Part shown: positions 41,936-54,500 of the stretch, in pieces
Layout: every line of letters starts with the position of its first letter
How positions within the stretch are numbered: position 1 is the stretch's first letter
NCBI RefSeq assembly: GCF_009914755.1
Contig: NC_060935.1
DNA: 64,000 nt
From: the human T2T-CHM13v2.0 reference genome, Homo sapiens
Strand: one strand, 5' to 3'
Notes under the pieces: generated by a model
The model's database searches: none
The model's input: only the letters and a program-made list of their open reading frames with translations
Told to the model about the DNA's origin: nothing
Translations under genes and position numbers: made by a program

Positions 41936-42346
41936 TGTCAGGCCTCTGAGCCCAAGCTGAGCCATCATGTCCCCTGTGACTTGCATGTACACATCCAGAT
42001 GGCCAGTTCCTGCCTTAACTGATGACATTCCACCACAAAAGAAGTGAAAATGGCCTGTTCCTGCCTTAACTGATGACATTGTCTTGTGAAATTCCTTCTC
42101 CTGGCTCATCCTGGCTCAAAAACTCCCCCACTGAGTACCTTGTGACCCCCACTCCTGCCCGCCAGAGAACAACCCCCTTTGACTGTAATTTTCCTTTACC
42201 TACCCAAATCTTATAAAACGGCCCCACCCCTATCTGCCTTTGCTGACTCTCTTTTCGGACTCAGCCCGCGTGCACCCAGGTGATTAAAAGCTTTATTGCT
42301 CACACAAAGCCTGTTTGGTGGTCTCTTTACATGGACGCACATGAAA
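41936..42346 (+). mobile_element. HERV-H 3' LTR7 with ATTAAA polyA signal (42283-42288)
   Basis: Same length as the 5' LTR, 6 substitutions by manual comparison. Confidence 0.96.
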
Positions 42347-42460
42347 ATCATCATTCCTGTTTTACAGATGAAGAAACTGAGGTCCAGAGAAGTTAAACGA
42401 CCTTCCTAAGATTACACAGCTTAGTAAGTGGCAGAACCACAGCTGGAAGCCAGGTCCTTC
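42347..42460 (-). mobile_element. MIR (other half lies at ~36530-36634, split by HERV-H)
   Basis: 'ttttacagatgaagaaactgagg...agaagttaa'. Confidence 0.75.
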
Positions 42461-42474
42461 CTCACGCAAGTCCT

Positions 42475-43220
42475 GGCTCATTCATTCCTCTTCCAAAGAC
42501 TTGCTGAGCACCTTCTAGGTGCCAGATGCGGTGCTGGCTCCTGGGGACATGGGAGTGAACAGGCCAGGCGTGGCCCTGAACCATCAAATAGACAACCACA
42601 GAAATAACAACGTGAGTTAAAATGAGATTATGAAGAAGAGACACAGGTTTCTACAATGGTTTAGTAGAGGGATCTCTAACCAAGTTTGGAGAGTTGAGAA
42701 AGTCTCTATGAGGCAGTCACATCCATGTAAGCTAAGATCTGAAAGACAAAAGTTGTTATCCAGGAGAGTGGCAGCAGGGAGAGCATTCCAGATGCAGGGA
42801 ATAGCTTGGCACGTTTGTGGAAGAGAAAAATCTGTTAACGTGATTGTAGGGTAGGGTGGAAAAAAGGAGAAATGGAGCAAGATGAGGCTAGGGAGGCAGG
42901 CAGGGACCAGACTACGAACTGCCTTAAAGCTCTGCTTAAAAATGTTTGCCACGATTTGAAGAGTAATGGGAAGCCTTGAAGGTTTTTAACCAGAAGAGTC
43001 TTATATTTAGATTTGTTATTTTTTAAATATCACACTGGCTGCTGTTTAGGAATGATGCTGGAGGCTGACGAAGATAAGGGTGGAAAGTGGGCAATAAATC
43101 AGGAGCTGTTGCAACATTCCCAGCAAAGGATAATGGTGAATGTAATGGCAATGGGGATTTGGGGAAGCAGGGGGGCCTCGTGGCTGATTGGATGTGGTGT
43201 TGGTGAGGGAGGAGGGGTCA
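42475..43220 (-). mobile_element. L2 fragment
   Basis: 'tcattcattc...tgctgagcacct', 'gagcattccag', 'aatgggaagcc..gaagg'. Confidence 0.7.
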
Positions 43221-44610
43221 CAGATTTCCATCCTCCCATGGGTGTTTCTATCTCCCAGGCTAGGCTTCTTGTGTTTGCTTTCCTTCTTGCAGAACAAAGA
43301 CAAAACCGGGCCCTTCCACACAGTAGCTGGAACACAAAGGAAGATCAGCCAAGCCTCAACATAATCTCATAAAAATTCTTCAAATATCCCATTGTTATGG
43401 ATTCATACATCAGGAAAGCAGGTAAAATATTTCACCTTGATGCTCACCTAGATGGTCAGACTCTTTGAGGAAGACATCAAACTTTTCCCCAGAAAGAAAA
43501 AATAAATAACTTTTTAGACTATACAAAAGGGTCAATGTCATGTTACATAAGATGCTCAAACTCCTGTCTTGATGTTAAGTCCACTGGTCTTACCACAGCT
43601 TCTGAACACCAAGACTGCTGCTGTGACAGTGACAAGAGAATTATTTAGAATTAAAAAACAATTGTCCTTACATTTTCTCCTCAAAATTCTAGGGGAGAAA
43701 GAGCTTCCAAGTAAGCAGAGCCAAGGCACTATTGAGAGTGACAGACTGGAAAGAAAGGAATTAAGTGGCCTTTAGCTCCTGTCTGTTGGAGAGTGGTGTA
43801 GTAGAAAATACTTAGGCTTTGGAATCTGAGCTGGGTTCAGATCCTGCTTCTCTCATTTACTAGCTGCATGTAGATGAGTATCTTAAATTGCTTTTTCTGT
43901 GTCACAAATGACAATTTAAAAAACCTCTATCTCACAGGTTATTATAAAAAGTAAGACACGCATTCAAGGGTAGCATAGTACTAGGCACAGAGGAAAAACA
44001 TTCAACAGGTGTGAGAGACAATGTTGTCAATATGCTATATGCAAGGAAAAATGTTTTTAGGTATTTTTTGACTCTTTGATGCTGAATGGAAAATTCTTCA
44101 CTGTCATTAGCAATAATGGAGATAATTTCAGTTTGCAATTGGAGGCTCATAAAACAAGTAACTGGATTTTCAGAAAAGTTAAGTATTTGTTGAATCTATA
44201 ATGCACTAATCGTTTTGTAAGGTGATGTGAGATACTTAAAGAGGCATTAAGATACAAACATAGAGACTAGTGGGTGAGACATAAAAGCAAAGACCTAGGA
44301 GAAGGAAGCTCATCTAGGAAAGGAAGCTCCTTAGATCTAGCTTGGCTGAGTTGCAAGCCAGACTGGAGAAGGTAAGTGCTCTCAGAAACAGGAATTGCTG
44401 TCTGGCAGGGCCTGAATGATAAGATCTACTCTTCCCCTGTCCAAATGCAACCCCTAAAAGCCAGTTCAGAATAAATAAGGAAGAATATTTTTTTCAGAGC
44501 AATTAAGAGTCATTATGAAGTAGGTCAGAATAAAATATGGCAGCTTCAGGCTGTGTGCGATTACTGCTCTGATATTTATCTGCAAAGCAGGAGTCATTTA
44601 TCCTATTCTA

Positions 44611-44998
<388 letters not shown>

Positions 44999-45544
44999 TT
45001 AGCCTGAGTAGACCCACCCTGAGAGATTTGAGGGCTCTACTGAGGCAGGAGACTAGGGCCTGGAGGCAGGGAACATAAAGCCAATCCACACTGACTTTAC
45101 TAAATCAAATGAAAGCACCTTAGCAATGACAGGAATGTGAATGGTTTTGTAAATTCCCTTCATCCTCTCCATTCATACCATTTCCACTTTGTAACTTCAC
45201 TTTCATCCTCTCCATTTACATAGATCACACACCAACTAACATCCTCTCCATTTACAGTAGGGCACATTCTGAGTAAATGACTCTGTGACTTCACTTTATT
45301 CACTTCATTTACATAGAATATTCACCAAGTGACCAACGGGAAACCTCTAGAGCATTAAAACCCCAGAAAATTCTGTAAGCCGGGCTCTTGAGCCTCTATG
45401 ATTGGGCTGTTCCCACACTGTGGCGTGTACTTTTATTCTCAATAAATCCCTGCTTTTGCTTTCCTTGCCTCATTTGTGCATTTTGTCAACTTCTTCATTT
45501 GAGATGCCAAGAACCTGAACACCTTCTACTGGTAACATATATTT

Positions 45545-45562
45545 TGGCGAGCCAGCCTGGAG
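45545..45562 (+). other. Primer-binding site, tRNA-Arg
   Basis: tggcgagccagcctggag, 17/18 match to TGGCGAGCCAGCCAGGAG. Confidence 0.85.
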
Positions 45563-46512
45563 ACAAGGTAGGCCCAAAGTTTGGGATTTATTTTTCTTTC
45601 CCCTTTTACATACAGGGAAACCTTTTTCTCTCTCTTTTTCCTTTCCAACTTGGGACCCTCCGTGATCAGCGCCTAAACATAGAGACAACTGCAAGTTTCC
45701 AGCCAGGGCCACTCTCTGGTGAAACCTACAGGTTTCCATGTGACGCATCTGACCACCACCACCCGGCTGGGTGGGCAACCTGAGTCCTTTTCCTTGGTTT
45801 TGTTTTTCTGAGTCCTATTCCTTTCTCCCTTTTACTGAGTTATTTTTCTTTTTCCTGTTTCGGTCTTTCAGCTACTCCTAGTAGCTCCCGGTTAATTGAG
45901 GACAGCTGGCCGGGGCCACTCTCGGGTGCCTTCTGAAGGCCAAGAAACGAAAAGGGATGGCTGCCCTGCCCAGAAGGGGGAAGGACTTTTTTCTATCTCT
46001 CCGGTTAGAGTTCCTCATCCCAACATGTGACGCAATTGCTGTGGCAGCTCATCCAGGGTGAACTCACACATGTTTCAGACAACTTAAACCTTCTTTCCTC
46101 ATGCCAAATTCTTCCCTTCCTCCATTCAGCTGTCTAAGGACAAGATAGAGGGTTCAGATATGTCATAAATTGTGAGAATTAGGGAAATTAACAAAGGGGA
46201 TTTATGCAGGAACTGACGTGTAGGTTTACTGCCCAAATTTATAGAGTTAAAGGGTTGCTTTAACTGGGATAGAAAATCCTCAAGGAAAAGTTAACAGTAG
46301 GTCCTCAGTGGAGGAGGGAACCATTCCAAAGTGGTGCCGGCACCCATCTAAGGTTGGAGATGTGCAACAGACTAAGTCAGACCCTTAAGGGGGAAGCCCT
46401 CAGGGACCCCGTGCTGGGCCCAGAATTTTTCCAGGGGAATGCCCCGGGTAAAATTTGGGTCACCTAATAAACCCTCCACTTTTCAAAGTCCTCTTCTCTT
46501 TTCCAGACCACT

Positions 46513-48063
46513 ATGGGCAACTTCCTGTCTATTCTACCTGGTGTCACTGTGGACAACTTCCTATCTATTCCACCCGATTCACCGCTTGGCTACATCCTCC
46601 ACCATTGGGATGAATTTGACCCTAACAATCTAAAGAAAAGGCATATGATTTTTTACTGCAATATTGTTTGACACAATTATGAGCTGCCCAATCCGGAACA
46701 ATGGGCAGTCAATGGTAGCCTTAATTATGATACCATCCTGTATCTAGACCTATTTTACAAGAGGCAGGGCAAATGGTCAGAAGTCCCACATATACAGGCC
46801 TACATGACCCTATACGAAGACCTAAGAATCTAGGAAACTCCCAGAACCCATCCCCCGAAGGAAAGTTCTGGGGCAGAACTAGATATTATAGATGAACCCC
46901 CTTTTACAAGGGATACCTGTCTCTCAGAGTGAGCAGTGACTGTCCCCATATAACCCCTCACCAAGTGCTCCTGAGGCTGAAACCCAGGGGCAAACATGGG
47001 GAACCCTACTAAGTCCCCCTCACACTTGGAGGGGAACACTGTATTCAACTCTCTATCCAGCCCTGCTACTCTCAGAGAAATAGCAGGGGCTGAGGGGCCA
47101 ATCCTAGTGTGGGTCCCCTTCTCTATGATTGATATACAACAATGTAAGGAAAAGCTAGGAAGCTATTCTGAGGATTCCGGGAAGTTTGCAGATGGGTTCC
47201 AAACTTTGACCTTAGCCTTTGATCTCTCATGGAGAGACGTTCAATTCACTCTAGCAACCTGTTGCACCTCCTCGGAAAAGGAACGAATCTTTGAGGCTGC
47301 CCTCCGAGAAGTGGACGAATTATTCACCCAAAACCGTAAAGGCAGTCACCCAGGCCCAGCCACAGTTCCCACTACGCATCCTAATTGAGACCAAGACACC
47401 CCCGCAGGAAGGAACAACTGGGCTAAATTTCTTGAGGCTCTTGGAGGAATGAGAAAGGGAATAACTAAGGCAGTAAATTATGATAAAGTAAGGCAGATTA
47501 CACAAGGCAGGGAGGAAAACCCAGCTGTGTTTTACGGCAGGCTGCGGGAAGCCTTTAAAAAATATATACTAATTTGGTCCCTTCCTCTCCTGAAGGCAAG
47601 TTATTAATGGCACAACGTTTCATTAGCCAATCCACACCAGACATTAGACGTAAGCTCCAAAAGCTACACATGGGGCCACAAACTAACCAAAATCAGCTTC
47701 TTGGTACTGCCTTCATGGTGTATAACAATCGTGACCTGGAGGAAGGAGAAGGGAAACAGAGTAAAGAAAAACGGCAAGCCAAAATTATGTTAGCCATCAC
47801 TGGTGATGCCCTAAATGCACAAAGATTGTCCAAGGGAAACTCAAAGGGCCATAAGGATAATGCCAGCAAAGGCTCTTGCTTCAAGTGCAATAAAAGTGCG
47901 ATTGGGCACAGGAATCCACTAAGCCCCCGCCAGTCCCCTGCCGTCAATGTAAAAGCACCAGTTGTGGCTCCTGGCCCTGGAGAATTGACTGTCCCTGCTC
48001 CCACCAAGGGGCTCAGTCAGTCAAAACTCTGGCAGTGCACAAGGAGGAATCAGATGAAGACTG
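46513..48063 (+). pseudogene. ERV gag pseudogene (MA-CA-NC)
   Basis: MGNFLS start; MA motifs W..NGS.NY.TI..LDLF, GKWSEVP; CA 'VPFSMIDI..K.KLGSYSED'; stops and frameshifts. Confidence 0.85.
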
Positions 48064-48099
48064 AAGGGGCCTGGGGCCTTCCTCACTGCCCCGTCTAGG

Positions 48100-51000
48100 A
48101 ACATTGTAATTACTACTGAGGAACCCTGGGTAACTCTGGACATCATGGCCACCCAAATTCAGTTTTTATGTGATACCAAGGTGAATTATTCTGTACAACT
48201 GCTTATGCAGGAAAACTTTCCTCCCGGTCCATGAGTGATATTGGATGGAAGGGAAGCCACAAACAAGATTCTTACTCCTCCTTTGGTTTGTCAATTTGAG
48301 AAACAAATCTTCCAACAGGAATTTTTAGTAGTACCAAGCTGCCCAATTCCCCTGTGGGAAAGAGATATTATGGTGAAAATAGTGACACTACTGCAATTTA
48401 AGCAATATTAGCAGGTGAAACTGCTAATAGTAAGAAATAAGGCAATGTCCCAGACCATGTCAATAAACAGGTTAACCCACTGGCATGGTATACTGGAAAC
48501 CCAGGGAAGGCTAAAACAGCAGTGCCAGTCAAAATACAGCTTAAAGACCCCAGCCATTTTCCCAATGGAAAACAATACCCAGTTGAACAGGAAGCAAGCA
48601 AAGGTCTAGCTCCCATAGTTGAGATATTACTTACCCATGGACTCTTAAAACCCTGCAATTCTCCCTGCAATACCCCCATCTTACCTGTTCTCAAGCCTGG
48701 GGGGAATACCAGCTAGTACAGAACCTCAGAATAATGAATGAGGCTGTTATCCCCGTCCACCCATTGGTGGCAGATCCATATGCCCTCCTGGCTCAGGTGC
48801 CAGGGCATGCAAAATGGTTCTCAGTCCTAGACCTTTCTTCTCCATTCCTCTGGCCCCGAGCCCCCCAGTACCTTTTTGCTTTCGAATGGGAAAATCCTAA
48901 TACCAGATAAAAACAATACACTTGGACAGTGCTTCCTCAGGGCTTTCGGGATAGCCCCCACTTCTTTGCCTGAGCATTAGAGCGGGATCTGAGGGATTTC
49001 AAGTTAGAAAATGGAGGTATTCTTCAGTATGGGGATGACCTTGTGTGTAGCCCAACCTAGGAGGTTTCTGACCAAAATACTATAAAAACTTTGAATTTCC
49101 TGGCAGACAGAGGATACAAAGTGTCCAAAAAGAAGGCTCAGATTACCCTCCAATGGGTCCACTATTTAGGATATGTCTTAACACCCGGAACCCGGCAAAT
49201 ATCCCCAGAAGGAGTGCAAGCTATATGTGGTTTGGCCGCGTGCACCACCCCCAGCCCCCACCCTGACCCACCTCCAAGCAGCAGCTTTGTTCCTTTTTGG
49301 GGATGGCCGGGCTTTGGAGAATATGAGTACCAAATTTTGGGCTCATAGCAAAGCCCCTATATGAAGCAACAAGGGGGCCTGAAAATGAGCTAATGGAATG
49401 GACCCCGGAAATGAGGAAAGCCTTTGCCAAGTTAAAACAGGTTCTCACCCAGGCTCCTGCTCTTGGTATCCCAGACCTAATTAAGGCCTTCTCCTTGTAT
49501 GTAGCAGAGAAGAGGGGCATAGCTGTGGGAGTGCTAGCCCAGAAATTAGGATCAGAACCCAGACCAACCGCCTACTTCTCAAAAAAGTTGGACGGAGTGG
49601 CCTCAGGATGGCCAAGTTGCCTGCGGGCAATAGCAGCCACTGCTGTTAGTGGAGGAAGCCACTAAAATCACCCTAGGGCAACCACTGGAAGTTCTAACGC
49701 TCCATCAGGTAAAGTTAGTCTTAGAAATAAAGGGACACATCTGGATGACAGGGGAAATGTTAACTAAATACCAGCCCATGCTCCTAGACAATCCAGATAT
49801 AACTCTTAAAACCTGCAACACTTTAAATCCAGCTTCATTGCTGCCCACAGGCCCAATAATTGATCATTCCTGTGAGCAGGTCATTGCACATACATATGTT
49901 AGCCAGCCTGATTTAAAAGATGAGGCTCTCCCAGATTCTGAAGCTGACCGGCTCACAGACGGCAGTAGTTCTTTGTCGAATGGGGAGCACAGAGCTGGAT
50001 ATGCAGCAGTAAATCATGACACAATTATTGAAGCCCAGCCAGTGCCCCCTGGCACATCAGCACAAAAGGCTAAAATCATTGATCTTACTCAAGCATTAAT
50101 GTTGGGACAAGGGAAAAAACTTAACATCTATACAGATTCTAAATATGCATTCCTTGTGGTTCATGCTCATACCGCCATCAGGAAAGAAAGGGGATTACTT
50201 ACTAGCAAGCACTCCCCTATAGAGCATGGACCTGAAATTCTGCAGCTATTGAAGGCAATACACCTGCCAAAGGCCATAGCTATCATTCATTGTAGGGGGC
50301 ATCAAAGGGACTTAACCCCTATAGCACAAGGGAATGGAAAGGCTGACGGAAGCCAAAGCAAAAGCCCTCAGCGTGCAATCCCAACAGATCCTAGCACTGC
50401 TTCCTTTCTACAATTCCCCAGTAGAACCCAAATACACACCACAGGAAGAACAGCTAATAAAAAAAGCAAGGGAGACAAAAACAAGGATCCTGGTGGCATA
50501 TGGAGCCAAAAATATATCTCCCTCAGGCAGCCCAGTGGAGAGTTATAAAAGCCCTGCATGACTCTTTCCATGTGGGGAGGGATGCGGCTCTGGCCATGGT
50601 AAACAAGTTCTTTACTGGGTTTAACTCAGCTTCAATGGCTAAGCAGGTCTGTCAAGCCTGCTCACTGTGTGCATTTAACAATCCAGGCATCAAAATGCCC
50701 CCTCTAATAAAACCAGTCCAAAGGAGGGGAACTTATCCAGGGGAAGACTGGCAGTTAGACGTCATCCATATGCCAGCTTGCAGAGGATACAAGCTTTTGT
50801 TAATACTAATAGATACTTTTAGGTTGGGTCAAAGGTTACCCCAGAAAAGGCTAATGAGGTTCTAAGGTCCTCTTAAAAGAAATAATTCCCCAGTTTGGGT
50901 TACCTCAGAGTCTCCAAAGTGATAATGGCTAATCCTTTATCTCCCAAATAACTCAAGGGGTTGCTAAGGCTCTTGGAATAAAATACTATTTACATTCAGC

Positions 51001-51588
51001 CTGGAGGCCCCAATCCTCTGGAAAAGTGGAAAGGGTTAACCAAACTCTAAAATAAGCACTAGCTAAACTATGTCAGGAAACATCAGAAACTTGGGTTAGC
51101 TTATTGCTCACAGCCCTTTTAAGAATTTGTAATACCCCTAGCTCAAAAATTAACAGAAGCCCATATAAAATGTTATACAGAAGGCCATTCTTAACTAATG
51201 ATTTAATTATTGACCCAGAAAGAGTTGGTGTAATTAAATACCTAGTCAACCCAGAACAATTCCAGCGGGTTTACAAGAGTTTGGAATTCAAAGGCTCCTC
51301 ACACTTGGAACTAACCAGCAACCCAAAATCAGGCCAGGAGATAGGGTACTTGTTAAAACATGGAATGAGGGATCACCTGCCCAACAATTACAACCCCAAT
51401 AGAAGGGACTTTTTTCAGTAATACTGGCCACGTCTTCTGTGGTCAAAGTACTAGTATTAGATAGCTGGATACATCTTTCAAGGATCAAACCATCAATACC
51501 AGAAGCTCCAGACCAGGAACCTGAAGTTCCCATCAGCCAGTACACCTGTGAACCAGTGGAGGACCTGAAGTACCTGTTTAAAAGATAG
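48100..51588 (+). pseudogene. ERV pro-pol pseudogene (PR, RT, RNase H, IN)
   Basis: ORF fragments 48522, 49091, 49393, 49649 (TDGSS...IYTDSKYAF), 50500 (zinc-finger region, PGEDWQLD), 51104. Confidence 0.88.
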
Positions 51589-54500
51589 CCAAAAGATAAG
51601 TAAATGCCTACCAACTTTCTTTGGTGTCTTTGTTGCATAGTTACTGTGGGCTGGAAAATAGTAGCCATTTTTATCTTTGCAGTTTAATTGCCTTCTTCCA
51701 AATAGATAAAAATCACTTCCTTTGTAATAATTAAACAGAATTTAAAAAATACATTTCTATGACAAATATTCCTGATGGCATAAGTATCCACCCCAAGGTT
51801 CCCATTAAATCTTTTAACCTAAAGTATTTCCTCTCACCTAGAGATCATCGAGCTGTGTGACAAGGGTGCCAGCCACTCCAGGTGAAGACACCACCCCAGG
51901 CCATCAAGGATCTTCCCTACCTTCACTAAACAGAGCAGGGTGAAAGTTGTGTGATCCCCAATAGGTAGGGACTACACCCCAAGTCAGCAGGAAGCAGTTA
52001 CAGAAGAAAGACCATTGGTCCCTCTGCTTCCCATAAAGATTTATGGGGATCACAGCTTTCACGGGGGAGATGAGGCAAGAGAATAGGGCATGCAGGCAGG
52101 GTACTTGAGGCCAATCCACGCTGACTTCCTAGAACTGAATTAAATGAAAGCTCCTCAGCAATGACAGGAATGTGAATGGCTTTGTAACTTCTTCCTCTCC
52201 ATTAATGCTATTTCCACTTTGTAACTTCACTTTCATCCTCTCCATTTACATAGATCACACACCAAGTAACATCCTCTCCATTTACAGTAGGGCGCATTCC
52301 GAGTCAATGACTCTGACTGCACTTCGTTCTCCTCATTTACATAGAACATTCGCCAAGTAACCAATGGGAAACCTCTAGAGTATTGAAACTCCAGAAAATT
52401 CCGTAAGTGGGGCTCTTGAGCGTCTACACTCGGGTCGCTCCCACACTGTGGCGTGTACTTTTATTCTCAATAAATTCCCGCTTTTGCTTTCCTCGTTCTG
52501 TTTGAGTGTTTTGTCCAATTCTTTGTTTGAGGCGCCAAGAACCTGGACACCTTCTACCAGTGACACTACCAATTTTTGATTCCATTAAAGATCACAGGTA
52601 TTTTCTGAACATTTACCCTGTACCAGTCTTGCAGGGTCCAAACTCCTGTTAAAGAGCTTGTGGGCTAATGGAGGGAGCAGGCATGTGAACAAGCAAATTA
52701 TGAAATAGCGTGCAGAGTACAGCAGTAGAGATGTATTCTAGGATCAGAGGTCACACAGAGGAGGGGTGCCTGATTAACTGTGCAGGGAGACAGGGAGGGA
52801 AATGTCTGAGGTGGGTCTGAGGTGAGAACAGTAGGGTTCAACAGAAGGATGAGGGAAGTGTGAAACAGTGTTCAGGGAATCATAAGCGGTTGGAACTCTA
52901 AACAGTCCTCACCTTACCTGGCTCACAGCAGGAGAGAGCCACGGGCAACTTTTCATGATTTATTTTTGATTTGCAGTGCATGGGACACACTGTCCCAAAT
53001 TCCCCCTTGCCATTATTCAGTGAGTCTACTTTTAGCTAGTTTTGATCCTTGTTCAAAAACAGATACATATTTTAGGTTGTTGCTATTTGTTTATACTTGA
53101 ATGGGGATAAATTCTATGTGCTTTATCAAGAGCTTTAGATATTTAAAGAGCAAGACAGTCTGAGTGCCCAGCGAGAAAGCCTGGTTATGTTCAGCTCCTC
53201 GGTCTCTCGCTCTGGTTAGCGCCAAACCTTGGCTCAATAAGGCCAGCTACTAATCACATACTTGAAAATTTACAAATATCCTGTTTTTAATGATGTTAAC
53301 TTTGCTGTATTTGTTGTCAACTACATCTTATTTTTCTAGGATCATTAGTAAGAACTTAAGGCAAATATCAAGATGAATTGGCTAGTCTTAGTATTAGCCA
53401 GAAGTTGGTCTTTATCTATAATCTTTTTCTGTATTTTCAGATACAGTATTCTGAGAAAGACAAAGAAAAAAACTTTGTCTTATTCCCTCCTAAAAAAAAA
53501 AAAACGTACCTGGAAATGCACTAATTGTGCAGCAGTTCCTCCTTGGCTCAGCCCCAGATCCCCAGAGAAGACTGTGTGCCTGTCTCTATTAATTGCTTAT
53601 GTTGTATGGGTTCCCAGGCCATTCTCAGCCATGCGCATACACGTTTTGTGCCTTGCCAGGTATTGTGTCCTATTGTTCTTGGAAAAATACTTTGTGCCTT
53701 TATTGTCCCGCCCAGAGGCAGAAAAGACACAAGGACTGCTAGAAGTCAGTTTGGTGATTCTATTACTCCACGTAATTGTGGAAGGTTCTGGGAACTGGAA
53801 AAGTAATCAAGGTAGCACTTCCATAAGATATTCAAAGGAAACCAAATATTGAAATTCTTGGGAGAAAGGAGTCTTGAGAAGCTTGAAATCTCAGCAAGTT
53901 TAAGTGTGTGAGAAGTGGCTACTAACAACATTGCCAGCTTCTGAGAGGCCTCTGGGAGGAGACTGTAAACAGGCTGTGGGGGTCTCTGGAGAAGGTCGTA
54001 CATTTTGCTAATTACAAGTGAACTAGAACATGCATGAGATTTGATAGGAAGAATGCTGGGGTGTGAATGAAGTGAGTTGACTTTCAATAGAAGGTCGAGA
54101 GACTCAAGTCATTTATTAGGCCAAGGACAGTGAATGTTTGCTCTCAGCAGCTGTGTGCTGAGGAAGAGGCAGCAGGAGCAGGTGGGGAGAAGCAGCTTTG
54201 CCTCTCAAGAACCAAAAGAAGGTGCCAGAAAGTAGGGCAGACCTCTGAGCCGGCACACAAACTCCAAAATGGCTGCTGTTTACATCACACAAGCTCATTT
54301 TAGGAGGAATTATCTCAAAATTATTATACTCTGAATCCCAAGGAGAGTCCTTTTGAGGGTCTTAGTTATACCAGAGGGAAAATCAAGGTCCCCCAAAAGG
54401 ACACTTCTTGGGGTTCAGAGTATGGGCAAGGCTTAATTGGAAGATCTTTAATCTAGTACTCAGCTCATATGGCCTGTGCTCACCCAGGGATCCCCAGTGA

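Larger units (their letters stand above)
36635..42346 (+). mobile_element. HERV-H provirus, common deleted ~5.7-kb form (gag/pro/pol remnants, env mostly absent)
   Basis: Two 411-bp LTR7s; tRNA-His PBS; PPT aagaagacaggaa (41923-41935); protease remnant 39181 (FLINMEATHS), RT remnant 39648 (SPYNSPILPV...LDLK..FTIPL..FAFTW); many stops and frameshifts. Confidence 0.97.
45041..52565 (+). mobile_element. Old class I (ERV1) provirus, MER84/PABL-like LTRs, gag-pro-pol remnants, env largely deleted
   Basis: LTRs 45041-45537 and 52071-52565 (TG...CA), 4-bp TSD CTAC on both sides, tRNA-Arg PBS, PPT acgggggaga; Gag CA and zinc-knuckle (CFKC), RT, RNase H, integrase (PGEDWQLD) remnants. Provirus structure is solid; family name is less certain. 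Confidence 0.9.

Noticed and set aside
53373-53852. 159-aa ORF in non-repeat DNA
   Set aside because: Contains an A-run-encoded poly-Lys, no recognisable domain and no supporting exon structure
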